DNA of 62,278 nt, counting the filler, from Choristocarpus tenellus KU-1152 (lineage: Eukaryota > Protista > Phaeophyceae): the NCBI GenBank assembly GCA_964200185.2. It is 7 parts of 7 records of this genome, joined end to end, with 100 filler letters (N's around TTAATTAATTAA, not from the genome) between each part and the next. Parts side by side here need not be neighbours in the genome. Positions count along the whole stretch, not along the records: positions 24,966 to 32,713 come from CAXNAD020005647.1; positions 32,814 to 39,384 come from CAXNAD020007843.1; 5 more parts are not named here. The stretch is one strand, 5' to 3'. Numbering within the stretch: position 1 is the first letter of the stretch; each line of letters begins with the position of its first letter. Positions 24,866-37,840 of the stretch are shown here, piece by piece. Position numbers and translations under genes: made by a program. Below the pieces are notes generated by a model. It ran no database searches. It was not told the DNA's origin and saw only the letters and a program-made list of their open reading frames with translations.

Positions 24866-24965
24866 NNNNNNNNNNNNNNNNNNNNNNNNNNNNNNNNNNN
24901 NNNNNNNNNTTAATTAATTAANNNNNNNNNNNNNNNNNNNNNNNNNNNNNNNNNNNNNNNNNNNN
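24866..24965. other. Artificial contig linker N44-TTAATTAATTAA-N44 (also at 32714-32813, 39385-39484, 42810-42909, 50743-50842, 59175-59274)
   Basis: The same 100-nt pattern occurs six times; the core places stop codons in all six frames. Confidence 0.95.
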
Positions 24966-25142
24966 GAGGTTGACCAAAGATGGGGCAAGGACCCACATGA
25001 CTTAGCAATGAGGAAGGGGGACTTGAATGATGTCACAAGTAGTGACTAACAGGTAGGAAGCTCATTCCCAAAATCGAGTGGCGAAAATCAGGTTGGTCGA
25101 GGAAGAGGTGTTCTCCGAGGTGCACGCACATGTACTGCTGAT

Positions 25143-25269
25143 AACAGTCGATTTCGAAAATTGAGGATGGAGCTTGAAAAAAAACATATCGACACTTTCT
25201 CCCAGTCAATTTTGGGTCAAGCCCATCCTCAATGAAAAGCTCCATCCTCAATTTTTGAAATCGGCTGTT
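25143..25269. mobile_element. MITE-like family C copy with 33-bp inverted repeats
   Basis: aacagtcgatttcgaaaattgaggatggagctt ... aagctccatcctcaatttttgaaatcggctgtt (2 mismatches); related sequence at 39228 and 62096. Confidence 0.75.
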
Positions 25270-27779
25270 TGATCCTGTACTACCACATCGTCATCCACAA
25301 CCATATGGGTAGGGGTGGGGCGTTGGAGGCTGTCTCCAAGAAGGAGTGGGAGTGGGATACAAGAAGGTTCTCATGATTGTGAACATTGGAAAGAGAGGGG
25401 AAATCTTTAACATGTTGGGGGTTGCGAGGGGCGTTGGTTGGACTCCGATAGGAGGTGCAAGCGCTTCAAACCGTAACTTCACAGGATGGAAATATTGATC
25501 TCTAGACAGTACTCCAAAGGAAGTGCAGTCTTCCGTAGGGATCTGTTGGATGGGGTAAAGAGAAAGTTTTGGGTGTTACCCTCGTTAACTCCACAAAATC
25601 CTCAAACACGTGGGCTATGTGCGGAGAAGGGTCGAATCAAGATCCCGCCTCTGAGAAAAGAAGAGGTATATATTAGCAGGTTCCTGGTTTTGTAATGGGG
25701 GTCCTTAAGGAGGAAGTTAAAGGGAAACACTATTATGATCTACATGGACAAATCGTTTTGCCATCAGCTGTACATGGGTCAGAATTTCAACCAAAACGAT
25801 TTGGGTCAGGGTTGGAGCAACAAAACATATTCTACCAGTCCTGTTTATATCACATATTAATGACATAGGAACAGATAAATCAATCGAATAAATATGAAAA
25901 CAAAGATACCCCAAAACAGAAATGCCCCACTTCATATTATGCACCCTATCGCAAACTGTATATTGAGTCGAAGGTCCTGCTGTAGCTTGATCGAAGCATG
26001 AGGGCGTTAGCATTCATTTTACATGTATTTGATGAGATAAATCGACCTGAACCAAATTTGACGTGTTTTGAATGCCTCCAATACTTTACGTCCTGAAGGA
26101 TATACTCCCAAATTTGGCATAAAATGACCTTTATCCGGGTTCTACGTGGAGGTAGAACCTCAATCCAACTGAATGCACTCCAGGTTGTCCCTACATTTCC
26201 AACCATGTGTGTTTTGTGTTGTCTAATTCAAAAATGTTCCTGGAGATATTCTATTTCTCTTACATACTAGGTTTGTCCATGATGTTCTTACATGATGTAA
26301 TGTATAAGGGATTAGAGATCAAAGTTGAGATTGAAGAAAGGTAGAAAGGCGTTCGCACAAGTATGGTTGCACTACAGTATATTAGTTCAACGCCTTTCAT
26401 AATACGAAATTAGTTACTAGGCATAACAATCTGAGCCGGACACAATTTTTCTAGATACACTAAACACTATCATATTAATGATTGTGACAAACTGTGACGC
26501 CCTCAAAAAATATCAGAAGGACGTTTTTAGAGGCTTTAAAGGTGACTCCAGATTTCATAACGTTGACTCGAACCACCACTCGCGCAATATGTTAGTATTA
26601 ATATTATTGCAAGGGTTCACCAGGGATATCCCCTAGGCCCCTTTTTGAAAACACACGTGCCAAAAAGAAGAAGCTATTACTAAACACACTTCGTTGAGAT
26701 AATGAAAGATGGAAAACTTCCCGTTGCAAGTAATAATGGGGAAAATGTGTAGTGATGGGAAGTGGAAATAATGTGCAATGTATTCATTTGGAAAATGGCA
26801 AATTTATTGTTGGATAAAATGAGTAGTATATTTCACGTATGTCCTTGTAACTTTGTTTTTTAATAAGATCCCAACCTACGATCAGATATCTTCTCTTCTT
26901 GCTGAACTCATGTTTCCTATTATTGTGTCCTCCTCCATGTGTCCGAATGCAAGGCAATTCCATCCACAACTTGTATATGATGTATGTTACACAAAGAGGC
27001 CAAACACTGTAATGTTTATCTCCTTTCCCATTTTTTCATTGTTAAGTCAGGTCTCCTTACCCTCTTCCCTCTCCCAGAAGATGTTTAACACACACAGACA
27101 GTTTATTTAACATTAATATATTTTATCTTGCTTACATATAGATCCTCTCGTTGACAACCAAATGCCCACCCTTTTCCTGCCTTTTACTTCCTCCATATAA
27201 GCAGGTGTCCTCCACTCTTGTCCGAAACACCTTGTCTGCCTTACCTGATAAATAAGGTTTCCATTTATCGGTTCCCTTCACCTTCCTCTCTACGAATTTA
27301 ACTTCCGATAAAACCTTTGTTCTAAAGACTCCCTTCGCACGACACAATACCTTACCAATTCTTCACCATTATTTGCAAAAAGTGCAAATCCCTGACTGTC
27401 CACCTCTGTTCAAATCTTCGTTCCCATAACAAAATCCCTTGAACATCGCATTCAATCTTTTTCTGGGAGGCTCAGCCCTTACAGTCCATTCGTCTCCTTC
27501 ATATTTCTTTGACCAGGTGCCCTCCAGGTTTTAGCGGCTATAAGATAAGAATGAGAGGTAACTTCATACCTTAAGTATTTTAGTCTGCAACGGAAAAGGC
27601 GGGGGATTCATTTGACTGATCCATAACCGTGACCTGTCTATACCCTATAGAGGAGAAAAGGGTACTGAACAGTCTCGTAGGTGTCTATGGAGAGCTTGGG
27701 TGGAGATGCGTGGGGTCGAGGATGTCTTTGAGCTCCAGGTACGATAATTCCGAAGCTAGAGGAGGAGGAACAAATGGGC

Positions 27780-27960
27780 GATGGCTTTGAAGCATAAGAT
27801 TAGAGGGCTACTGTGGGTATATGCCATGACAAGCCTGGACATTGCATCAGCAGTGCACGCCCTGGCTACTCTTTGTGGGAACCCCACCATTGCGGATTAT
27901 GAGGTGGTCAAGTGGGCGATTGAATTTTCGTTGGAGACGAGTGGTCTGGGATTGACTAAG
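27780..27960 (+). mobile_element. Ty1/copia RT C-terminal remnant
   Basis: IRGLLWVYAMTSLDIASAVHALATLCGNPT..YEVVKWAIEFSLETSGLGL matches the copia pattern GSLLW..MTRPDIA.AV..L.....NP...HW..VK.IL.YL..T...GL. Confidence 0.7.
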
Positions 27961-28194
27961 GGGAGTTTCGTTGCTACTACAGGGACAGCACCCAGGTAGC
28001 AATTAGAGTAAATATAGCATTTCATCATGCCCAACCATTGCTACACTTACAGACGGTCTCCCAACATCACTTCTCTTTGGCTCTCAGAGTACCCCAAGTC
28101 GAAATTACAAAATATGGACAGCATCCTCAACTCAAGCCGACCAGGCTGAAGCCCCGCAATCCCTGGCTGTCTTGGCGAGACATCCGTTGACTCA

Positions 28195-28450
28195 GAGTGA
28201 AAGTATATTAGAGGGTACGAGAGTTGCCCTGTTTGTCCGTTTGGAGCTTGACTTCCCTCGGGGTTTTTATTACATTTCCTACTCCAAATATTTCGGAGTA
28301 GGTATCATGTATACGTTATGAAAAGATGTGTCCGGAACAAGGATATTGACACTTCCTAGCAACCACGATAGTCAAAATTACATCGAAATCACAACATTGG
28401 ATTTTGGTTCACAAACGGACGCAGCTCTACCCCCTAAGATACTTTGACTC
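28195..28450. mobile_element. MITE family B, complete copy (about 256 bp)
   Basis: TIR GAGTGAAAGTATATTAGAGGGTA ... TACCCCTAAGATACTTTGACTC; 3-bp direct flank TCA/TCA. Confidence 0.85.
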
Positions 28451-31400
28451 TCACTTTCCACATTCTCCAGCAACGATGACAGCCCATCCCCAAGGAAAGG
28501 CAATGAGCATTGCCGAGAGTACACTCCCAAGAAAATTGTCCCCATGCCCCCATCAGAAGAATCTTGTGGACTGTGAAGTACACTTCTTTGCCAATCCCTG
28601 GTGTGCATATCCCAATTGCATAAGAATTTCATTTGCGTCCCTTTTACCTGGAATCCTTCTAACAGTGCATGCCTTGAGATAGTTATCGTACATCCACCTT
28701 ATCGCGAGTCAGATTATAGTCCCTAGTTAGTTGTACAGATGGAAATAGGGTTAGGAGGACATCACCTGGCGGCATCCATTATTGCAATAAATACTATACA
28801 AAAACTAACAAAACGGTATGACTATTAGAGTTGTTGGTAGTGGATGTGGACAAACTACTCCCTCGTGCACCAACTTCTTGATTATTATGTCCAAGCTTAC
28901 GTAGATATATTTCGAATGTGACAACAAAATGTAAGTAAAATACGTTTGATGATGCATGTGTACCAAGTAATGAAAGGTCGTCGTTGTGATAGAAATGACT
29001 GACCAAAGAAGCGAGTCATACTAACATCATCAAAACATTGCTTATTTTTTATATTTTTGATACTGCTAGCATTATTAGTATTGACTACCGATACTTATTC
29101 AGAAATATTGATCGAATTCTTGAAGAATTTTAGAGTGGTACGATAAATCTTTTATCTCAGTAAGTTGGTTGAGTACATACTGTCATTTCTATATCGTTCC
29201 CCAGTCTTCTCGTTGTTCTTGTTCTCTCCATCTATTTCTACCTTTTTCTTGCTACTACTATAGATCCTATCGCTGCACTGCTGATTCTGATCCTCTTCAA
29301 ATCCTCCTCCTACTCCCCTCCTTCATTGATGTGAATGTTGTTCTTGTTACTGTTGCTGTTAAAATCTATCAATCAATATTTTTTTCAATAGTATTTTTCC
29401 GTTCTTCCAGTAGGAGAATATCAAGAAGAACAACGACGGAAATAGCATCAGCAATAATAGTAGAAGTGCATCAAGCACTATAATAGTGCTGCCACATACG
29501 CAGTTCAGTGGTGCTAATAGAAGCTGCAGTAGAACGTGCGTGTTACTCCGATGACAGGGGTAGTAATATATTCAAAACCATGTGTTGTGTGAGTGTCTTT
29601 ATACTGTTCGTTGCACTATGGAGTAGAAGAGGTAGTAGAATTAATTACACAAACTAATTGCTGTGGCTGTTTCAGAGAGAGGGTGCTACTACTGCTCTAT
29701 CACAGCACAGTACCTACCCGTATTGTAATAAAAAAAGAAACTTGCGGCATATATATGCTCATATGTTACAGGGTGGAAGTCTCGGTAGGACCGCCATGTT
29801 ACAGGCGCCCCAGAAAGCTTACCTCCACAGGATGTATAGCTCCAATCTACGGGCCTATAGATGATGCTGATGTACGTATAGGACTCCTGATCCACAAGCC
29901 GTCAAGTATGCTGGATCTCTCACTTGGATTATCATCAATATCATCATAGAAAAAGGAACTGATCGACAATGTCTTATCACATTCGGGGACCATAATGACC
30001 AAATAATAAATAATCAAGAAGCACAAATATATCAAATCTATAACTTCAATGTCATAATGGTGTTTATGAAACCGCCATCAAGACATATCGCCTGTGACAC
30101 ATACTGGGAGTATTTAATGCGATGAATGGACACGAGTTACACATTTACTGTCAACACTTCATTAGAGGTATTCATAGTGGTTTACACCCCAAGGAATGCC
30201 CATCGTCCAAGAAACTATACCTATCCATTAATATCTATCCTATTATAACCTCTCTTCGTACATTATAATAAATCCATGTAATATATGCACCGGAGCATCC
30301 CCACCTGATTCAGGACTATCATGAAAGCTTCATCTTCGTTACAGCCAACACCAAGAAAGCCTCTCTTGTCCCTCCTGATTACACCTCCGCCAAATATTAG
30401 TGGGCATTATACTTACCCAATAACACCCGTCACGAAGATAGCAATTAGTACTTACGATGCACTACTTTGAAGCGGATCATGTAAGATGCCTTACCTGATA
30501 CCACCTTATGGTTGATGGAGAATACACATACACACACTCAATACTAACACAAACACCGTGCACAGTACACACGTGCTTGTCTCGCAACAGGTAAAAGGAA
30601 CAACGCATTAATAACACAACAGTTTTTTCGAAGTATAGAGGTCTATCTACTCTACTTTGTGCGAATGGCCAGCATGGACCAAGAACCTAGAGACAGGCGA
30701 GTGGAGAATGTGTTAATGATAAGGTAGTGCTCTCATGCCCTTGCCTGTTGACTCAATGAGCAATATAGTAATAACTTCAACAGTGATTTGCACGCCAGTG
30801 TTGAAGGTCTGTACTCATCGAACTTTGAGTTGAAAGTGGCTTTCTCATACACTCCATGCGCAAAGGATATATTGTTCACTAAAACGATATCTGATCATAA
30901 TGAAAACTGCCTACATGAAGGAATGGTGTGCATAGGCGATCAGTGCCAACAACCTCTACCCCAGAAATTGTTGTTATTCAATCTATTTATTGTCCTTTCA
31001 CGTCTGTAGTATCATCAACAGTACTCCTTTTCAAACCTAGAAATCTAATAGGCTAAGACTAACAACTATAGGAACTCTATTTTTGAATGGGGAAGTAAAT
31101 TGCTTTGTTGTAAATACCACAAGCATCAGGAATGTGTTCACTTCCAAGCGATCAGACTGCACTCCAAACAATAAACTGAAATGAAGCCACACCAAAAACA
31201 TAATGTCTGTGGCACCACTCACAATTCACTACTATTTATTGACACTATATAAAAACTATTCCAAAATGAGACTAGAATCTCGACTAAAAACAAAAAGAAG
31301 AAGCCTCATTCTTCGCAAACTATAATACACCTTGCAATCAACAAGTAGTTCGATCTGATATCCTTCACCATAGCTGCAGATGTCTACTAGATGGACACTA

Positions 31401-31642
31401 AGCTCGTACAGTACCTTCGAGGCTTTGCCTTGGTCTGTACACACCTACGGAGCGCGGGACAAGAAAGCGGGTAAGCGAAAGCGGGCAATCAAAACAGTTC
31501 TCGCAGTACCCACCTCTTGAAGATTGAATTGAACGAGCCCAACGTATGTCATGCAATACTTCACGCCTTAACCTCTACAATATGCACAGGGCAAGCTTTG
31601 ACTCAGATCACGACGGCGTATAACTCACCAGCTGGGAAGTCA

Positions 31643-32239
31643 TCACGGCAACGAAACCTTGGACTTGTATTTCTTGCCATCGCGAGTCTTGACCTTGATT
31701 TTGAACTCCTGAGGGAACCCAGCACCATTATGGACTTCGAAGAAGTTGTCTTGTGTCCGAGTTCCCTTGATGCCATCGATTTTCACCTTTTTGGCAGGCG
31801 TTGACATTCCTCGAGGCTGCACCTTGATGTAATAACTGTTGGACCCCTCAAATAGGAACGTTGGCTTGCCACCCTTGCACTTAACAAATTCCCACTCGAT
31901 TTCCCACCGCCCATCCCCACCCATTCCGAAGTCCAAATCACCGTGTTTACATTCAGGGCACTTGTCCATTATATACCCTTCGAACACGCCGGTGATCGGT
32001 GAGTTTCCGCTCCCTTTACCAGTTCCTTTGCCCCTAACACATGCCCCACATCTTTGCGAATGACCGTACTGGGGACCATTGAGTGCCATTGGGATCTTGC
32101 CATCGTATATCCCAGGGATGGGATGACGGATCGCGCAGTTTCCAGCGCTTGGGTAGTCGTAGTACGTCCCTTCTCCTTTGAAAGTCGCGCCAGTGGCAAC
32201 TGCGGTTCCGTAGACGAGCAGAGCAATGGCGGTCTTCAT
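31643..32239 (-). CDS. Secreted expansin-like protein (EXLX type: DPBB/GH45-like D1 plus CBM63 D2), intronless, 198 aa
   Basis: Signal-like MKTAIALLVYGTAVATGA; D1 motifs GEGTYY, GNC, ALNGPQY, CGACV, IMDKCPEC..GDLDF; linker GRWEIEWEFVKC; D2 motifs EGSNSYYIKVQPRG, RTQDNFF. The second Met of ORF 31643-32257 is taken as the start. Confidence 0.9.
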   Translation of the reverse strand: MKTAIALLVYGTAVATGATFKGEGTYYDYPSAGNCAIRHPIPGIYDGKIPMALNGPQYGHSQRCGACVRGKGTGKGSGNSPITGVFEGYIMDKCPECKHGDLDFGMGGDGRWEIEWEFVKCKGGKPTFLFEGSNSYYIKVQPRGMSTPAKKVKIDGIKGTRTQDNFFEVHNGAGFPQEFKIKVKTRDGKKYKSKVSLP

Positions 32240-33100
32240 GTTCAAGGATTGGAACAAATTGGTGAATAGGACGGACTTGGTCGCTGTTGATGTGTGTGCC
32301 CTCGATTAACAGGTACAATAGTCTTTCACAGTTTACCAAATCTGTAATTGGCTTGTGTTGCAGTGGAATCTCTATATCTTTGGAGAGGTGATTGTGTGAG
32401 GATGTGAGGAGAAGGTATTCACTACACACCTGGAAAGTGTTGATCAATACTAAACAATATCACTTGTCCCTCTTCAACGGACAAGAAGGTCTTAGTAGGG
32501 GTATAATGTATAAACTGACTGTTTTTTGTTTCTTAGAAATCGTTGCAACTGTTGATTTTGATCGATTTTTTTGCCGTTGTGACAGTTTAGCGTTAGGTTT
32601 AGAGTCAGGGTTTGTGTTTATACTTCTACCATATATAATGTGAGAGTTTATGAAGTAAACTGAGTTTTGTGGGCGGGAGAATTCTGGTTGGCTGGGGGCA
32701 CAGGTCAAGAATGNNNNNNNNNNNNNNNNNNNNNNNNNNNNNNNNNNNNNNNNNNNNTTAATTAATTAANNNNNNNNNNNNNNNNNNNNNNNNNNNNNNN
32801 NNNNNNNNNNNNNTTTTTCTGGCGGCGGCGGTGGGCGCAAGGAGGGGGGGGCGGGGGGGGGGGGGGGACGGGTGCGTGAGAGAGAGAGAGAGAGCTATTG
32901 TTCCTGAAGTTACAATGAGTGTACCTTTGTACTTAAAATAATTCACATTTTGTCATCCTTTCGTCCAACTCACAAGTATTTTTTCGAGGCAGCTGTGGCT
33001 AATTTCTGTCCAATTTTGCAGTAACTACTTAGCAAAGCCTGACCTTAGAACCAAGATTTCATACACTGGTCTATGTCATGTGCTTGTGCATGCGTACCAG

Positions 33101-36100
33101 GTGGAGATTGAAGCGTGTGAGGGAAATCTGTCTCTATTAGTCTGCGACAGTTCATGCACTCACCTGTTCCCCAGCAAAGAGGTAAGATAGACGAGGGAGG
33201 TCAAAGGCCGTGGCAGGTGTATTTTATGGGAGGGGGGAGTGGTAGTGTTTTCAGTGCATTGGGAACAAGAGAGACAACCTAGTGGTAGGTGTGTATGTTT
33301 GTGCCATTGAGACAAGCAATTGCTGGGAGGATCGATTTTGTTGTGATAAGTTTGAGTTGGTAAGTGCTTGAGGAGGATTGGACCAGTTTAATGAGGAAAG
33401 TGCGATTGCTCTCTTGTTTTCCTCATTTTGAATAAGAGTGGGTTTTATTCATGCACAGGTGAGAAGTCAGGAATGGGACGAAGGGGTGTGCCTGCTGAGA
33501 AGGAAAGAGAATGGATAGAGTGATAAGGAATGGTGGGATGATACAGAGGATGCAAGCTATTGCTTATGTAAGGCGTTGAAGGGGGCTTAGTTTTGCTAAT
33601 ACTCTGTGCACTAAGGCGCAGGATAACTCTCCTTAGACCACATAGCAAGGTCCCATCAGGTTCTCCCCCCCCCACTCCTTTCTTCACCCATTCTCTACGC
33701 ATTAGTCTCTTCCGTTGTGTTATTTTCCTCCTCCTGCTGTTCTATATTGTCTCACTCCATTTTTTTTGCAATGGCCTACCCAGCAGCAGTAGCCGTCCAC
33801 AGTCAGTCTGTACCTTAGGTCGCAGACCAGATGCAAGGCCCCATCCCTTTCATTGTCCTCCCTCCTCCCCGGCCTCCCCCTCCTGTTTCCTCAACCATCA
33901 TTGATCAGGACTACAAGTACCTCTCAGATGGTGAACAGACCTGCATTGCCCCTGAGGATAATAGCGGGAGGCCTGACTGTGAACCTGTTGGAGGAGACAC
34001 TTGGCAACGTGCTAGCAATGGTGACGATGACATGGATGCTGCTAAAGCCAGGAGTGTAGTGATCAAGGCAGGACATTCTGATGAAACGTTTTTTGTCAGT
34101 GTGGCTGGTCTGGGGGCGTACATCCTGAGGGTACGTGAAGTGAATTGGTGGAGAGCACCCTTCGTGTTGCCATAAGGTTCCTATATATTTTCAGTATTGG
34201 AGGAAGGTGTGATCTCTTTGCCGTTTTGTGGTATTCCTTATGTGTTTAACTGTATGTTGTTGGTAGGATAAGGGTCGAAGATCAACTTGGCATTGGATTT
34301 TATCTCCATGCCTTGTGTTGTCAAAGGCAGTTACGAATCATTTTGATTCTCAAGCAGTATCCACGCTGCCTTTGAGTGCCAACGTCTTCAGGGTGAAAAT
34401 CACATGGTCAGTGGTTCTCTGTAGCTAAGAAAAAATGCAAGAAAAAGTATGGTGCTAGTACTCTAAAAGATGGTCACAAACAGGCACTCTCCTGACTGCA
34501 ATGCAGAACAACTGAGAGACCTACTATACATAGCCTCTGCTTACAAATCGAACCAGGTATTAGAATTGCACACCCCTCTAACTATCCGAGGTCCTCTTTG
34601 GTACTACCTACTCTTACATGGTGCACACAAATGAAACTTACTCCACTCTGCGTTGGTGTTGCAAGAAATAACTTATTTTTGATAGGTTGCGGTTCTTGCT
34701 TTATTGCTGAGAGCAGGTGGAAGCATTGGACCCCGATGGAAAGGTTCTATCTCCTGTTCTGACTCCGCTAGTCCTGCCGACATTAGAAGAAGACAGTGAT
34801 GATGTTGCGCCCTCATCTGCAGCAAGTATTGTGGAGGGACAGGGGGAGGCAACGGTGAGATGGGAAGGCTCTACACTCATCATGCAAGGAGAGGAAAGGG
34901 ACTGTGGTGACTTGTGTAACTACAATGTGTATGCCATACCTTGGAGGTGGGACCCAGTATTGCAAAGTGGGGAGGAGGGCAAGGATAGGGGGAGGCGGGT
35001 TGGGAGGAGATTGGTTGTGTTTTTTTTTTTTGTGCTTTGTTCCAGCTATTTTCTGTTTACAAGAGATATGTATGTATATATAATAGAGGGAAAATGAAAT
35101 GTGCCCAATTTATTTGGTAGCAGCCAGTGTGTCAGGTACTAGTGCAGTGATTGTGGTTTGCATTCTTGTGAAGAGAACAAATACAACACATTTCTGTTTT
35201 CAGCTTTGAGTGGAAAGTTATACCTTTGTTTTTATTTCAGGTCTTGGATGTTACTAGGAGAAAAATCGACAATTTGAAGAGTGGTAGCCTGGGAATGTCA
35301 CATGGCTGTGCTAATTTGAGCTCTGTGCCCAACTGTACATTATTTTTTTCCTTTGCGTTGTTATTCACAGCCTTCGAGGTGGGTCTTCTTTCACCAGCGA
35401 TGTCAACAATGGTGGAAGGGGTAGCGTACGATATGCCTCGTGTGAGCTTGAGCGGCTCCGTGGTAGACACAAGGGGCGTGTTCTTTTCAGCAGTTGGGTA
35501 CAAGGCAACGAGAAAGAGGTGGGCCTTAGATTCGAGGGCATTGCTTTGCGTGTTGTTGAGTTGTCAATTGTGTGGGGAAGGTCAAGAGATGTGATCCCTG
35601 CACCAGGGGGGGCATTACATATGACGCAACGCGAGGAATTACAGAGATACCAAAAGAGGAGGTCGACAAGGGTATTCCCGCTTTTGCAACACAGACCTCA
35701 TACCGTCACAGAAAGACTGTTTCTTGAAGGTGTCCTTGTGTGGTACTGATATGTACTCACACAGGTACAAAAACGAGAGAGTGCAATTGATCCCTTCTTT
35801 AAAACGTTACAATCAACATCTGTGTAGTCCAGGACACGCAGAGGAGAGGCTGAGGTTATGCCAATGCTTAGGTGCAGAAGCACTTTGAAGTGAGTGAAAG
35901 TATATCTTAGAGGGTAGAAGTTTTGTCCTGCCTGTCCGTCTGGGGCTTGGCTTCCCACGGGCTTTTTGTGACTTTTTCCTACTCCGGAATGTTTTGGATT
36001 AGGTAAAATGTATGCGTTATGAAAACGTGTGTCTGGAGCAAGGATATTGGCACTTCCTAACAAACACAATAGCCCAAATTATGTCAAAATCGGAACATTG

Positions 36101-37840
36101 GAATTTGGCCCCCAAACGGACACGGCTCTACCCTCTAAGTTACTTTGACTCAATCCTTGGATCAGCTATTACCTTTTTTTGTCCAAGATTATCAACAGTC
36201 CTTGTGATGACCAAGCACATAACTTTGCTTAGCATGAGAGCAGCAATGCCCACGACCACTTCTCATTCAATACCTTAAATTCTTGACCTGGTTGTCCTTG
36301 TTGCACCTGTCCAGGTGATAGTGAAGGGTCTTGAGTCAGGAGAGGATTACGACCTGGTGGTGGAGGCAAAGTGTGATTTCCTATGCCTTGAGGCGATGCT
36401 GCCTAAGCATTGCAATCCATTGTATACACATATGTCTGCTGTCTGCAAGACGCAGGTGGGTGTACATGTTACAGTGTGTTCAGAACGATGATACTGTTTT
36501 AGGAGATGTCCTCCTGTCAGAATGGTCCGTCATGGTAGTTGCGACTAGTGGTACTCCGAGTGGAATTTCAAGTTTTGGCCATGTAGATGTTGCCAATCTA
36601 GACGTTTCCCCTAGTCCATAAAGCAAACAAAATAGATACATCTTCGTTGCGTGAGTACTATCCCATAATTACGGCCTGTTTACAATAGTTAACAAAATTG
36701 TCGGCAAACATGTGACTGGGCAAGAACTTGATATTAGAGGACTGTTATGAGAACCGCTGATCAATCCCCGCTCAAATCCCAATCAGGAAATAAGTCACAC
36801 ATCAGCCGCCTCAAGACACATATGTGATCATAATGATCTTCTGAAGCCTGACCCCCCTGTTGTTACATGGATGTTTGGAAGATGCTAAATTAAACATATT
36901 TGGTAGATGAAGCTAGTCAGGTTATTGAAACAAAAGGAGGTTGCCTTTCCGTAGTTGAAGAAATGGACCCTGCACCCCTCGTATTGAGCACACACCGTCT
37001 ATTGTCTCTCGACAGTAAGGAAATACAGACCTTGCCATCAGGGGCAATAATTTTGGTTTTATTTGTCCATACAAACTTTGGTGCTGTATCCGGGTACAGT
37101 AGGAGACGAATGAGAGTATTTGTGGTATATATTGCTCTTTCTGAGTCACTCTCTCTGAAGGGCATTTCCGATCAATTTTGTCTGTGTTAGCTTTCCTCTT
37201 TTCCCAATTATATGATAGTTTCCTTTTTTCCCAGGTAGTTGGCTGTGCCCTGGCTAAAATGCAATCTTGGATGATATTTTCGAAATACTGTTCAGCTTTC
37301 TTGTTTTGCTCGCCTTGGCACCAGGTTTTTCTGATAGGACAATGATAGTAATTGTTCCAACTGACTTCCTATGCCCTGGCCCCACACTCCTTCCAGTCTG
37401 TGGTGTTTCCACCAGCGACTAAAATTGGTTCCAGCTCAGATACCCCATCGTGGTGGGCAGGAGTCCAGAGCTCAGAAGAGGGAGCAGTGCATGGAGCATG
37501 GGGTGTATCATTGTGGTACTTGGCAGTCATGGGTGCTGTGGCACTTGTCACCTGTGGAGGAGGAATAAGTTGCCTGGTTCGGCGAGCCAGCAGACCTGGC
37601 ACTGCCCATGGCGGTACCATTAGTAGGCGGGGTGTGCACGAACATGGTGACGGATATGAGCTCACGACAGTCAGGGGTATTGGCAGGGGGGGGTGGGGGA
37701 TGGGTGGAGGTAGGGGATACTCCAGTCTCACACCACTGGAGGAGTATGGAGAAGATGAGGAAGAAGAGGATGAGGGGAGAGCTTGGGATCTGGCGGGAGG
37801 TGATGTCAGTGGAGGGGAAAAGACGCAGATGATTATATGA
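33101..37840 (+). CDS. 5'-truncated Cys-rich type I single-pass membrane protein with a fibronectin-III-like juxtamembrane module
   Basis: Phase-compatible GT-AG exons 33101-33181, 33909-34130, 34717-34946, 35371-35518, 36315-36455, 37397-37840. VIVKGLESGEDYDLVVEAKC is Fn3-like. TM segment GVSLWYLAVMGAVALVTCGGGISCLV is followed by RRASR and an acidic tail. The 5' exons are lost at the 32714-32813 linker. Confidence 0.8.
35892..36151. mobile_element. MITE family B copy in an intron of the membrane-protein gene
   Basis: GAGTGAAAGTATATCTTAGAGGGTA ... TACCCTCTAAGTTACTTTGACTC; flanks AGT/AAT; interior colinear with the 28195 copy. Confidence 0.85.

Noticed and set aside
24910-24921. Recurrent palindromic TTAATTAATTAA as a biological motif or CRISPR-like repeat
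   Set aside because: Always centred in a 100-nt N block; it is an artificial six-frame-stop linker
31643-37840. Expansin plus divergent membrane protein as a cell-wall sensing cluster
   Set aside because: Separated by an artificial linker, and the membrane gene lacks its 5' exons, so true distance and orientation are unknown
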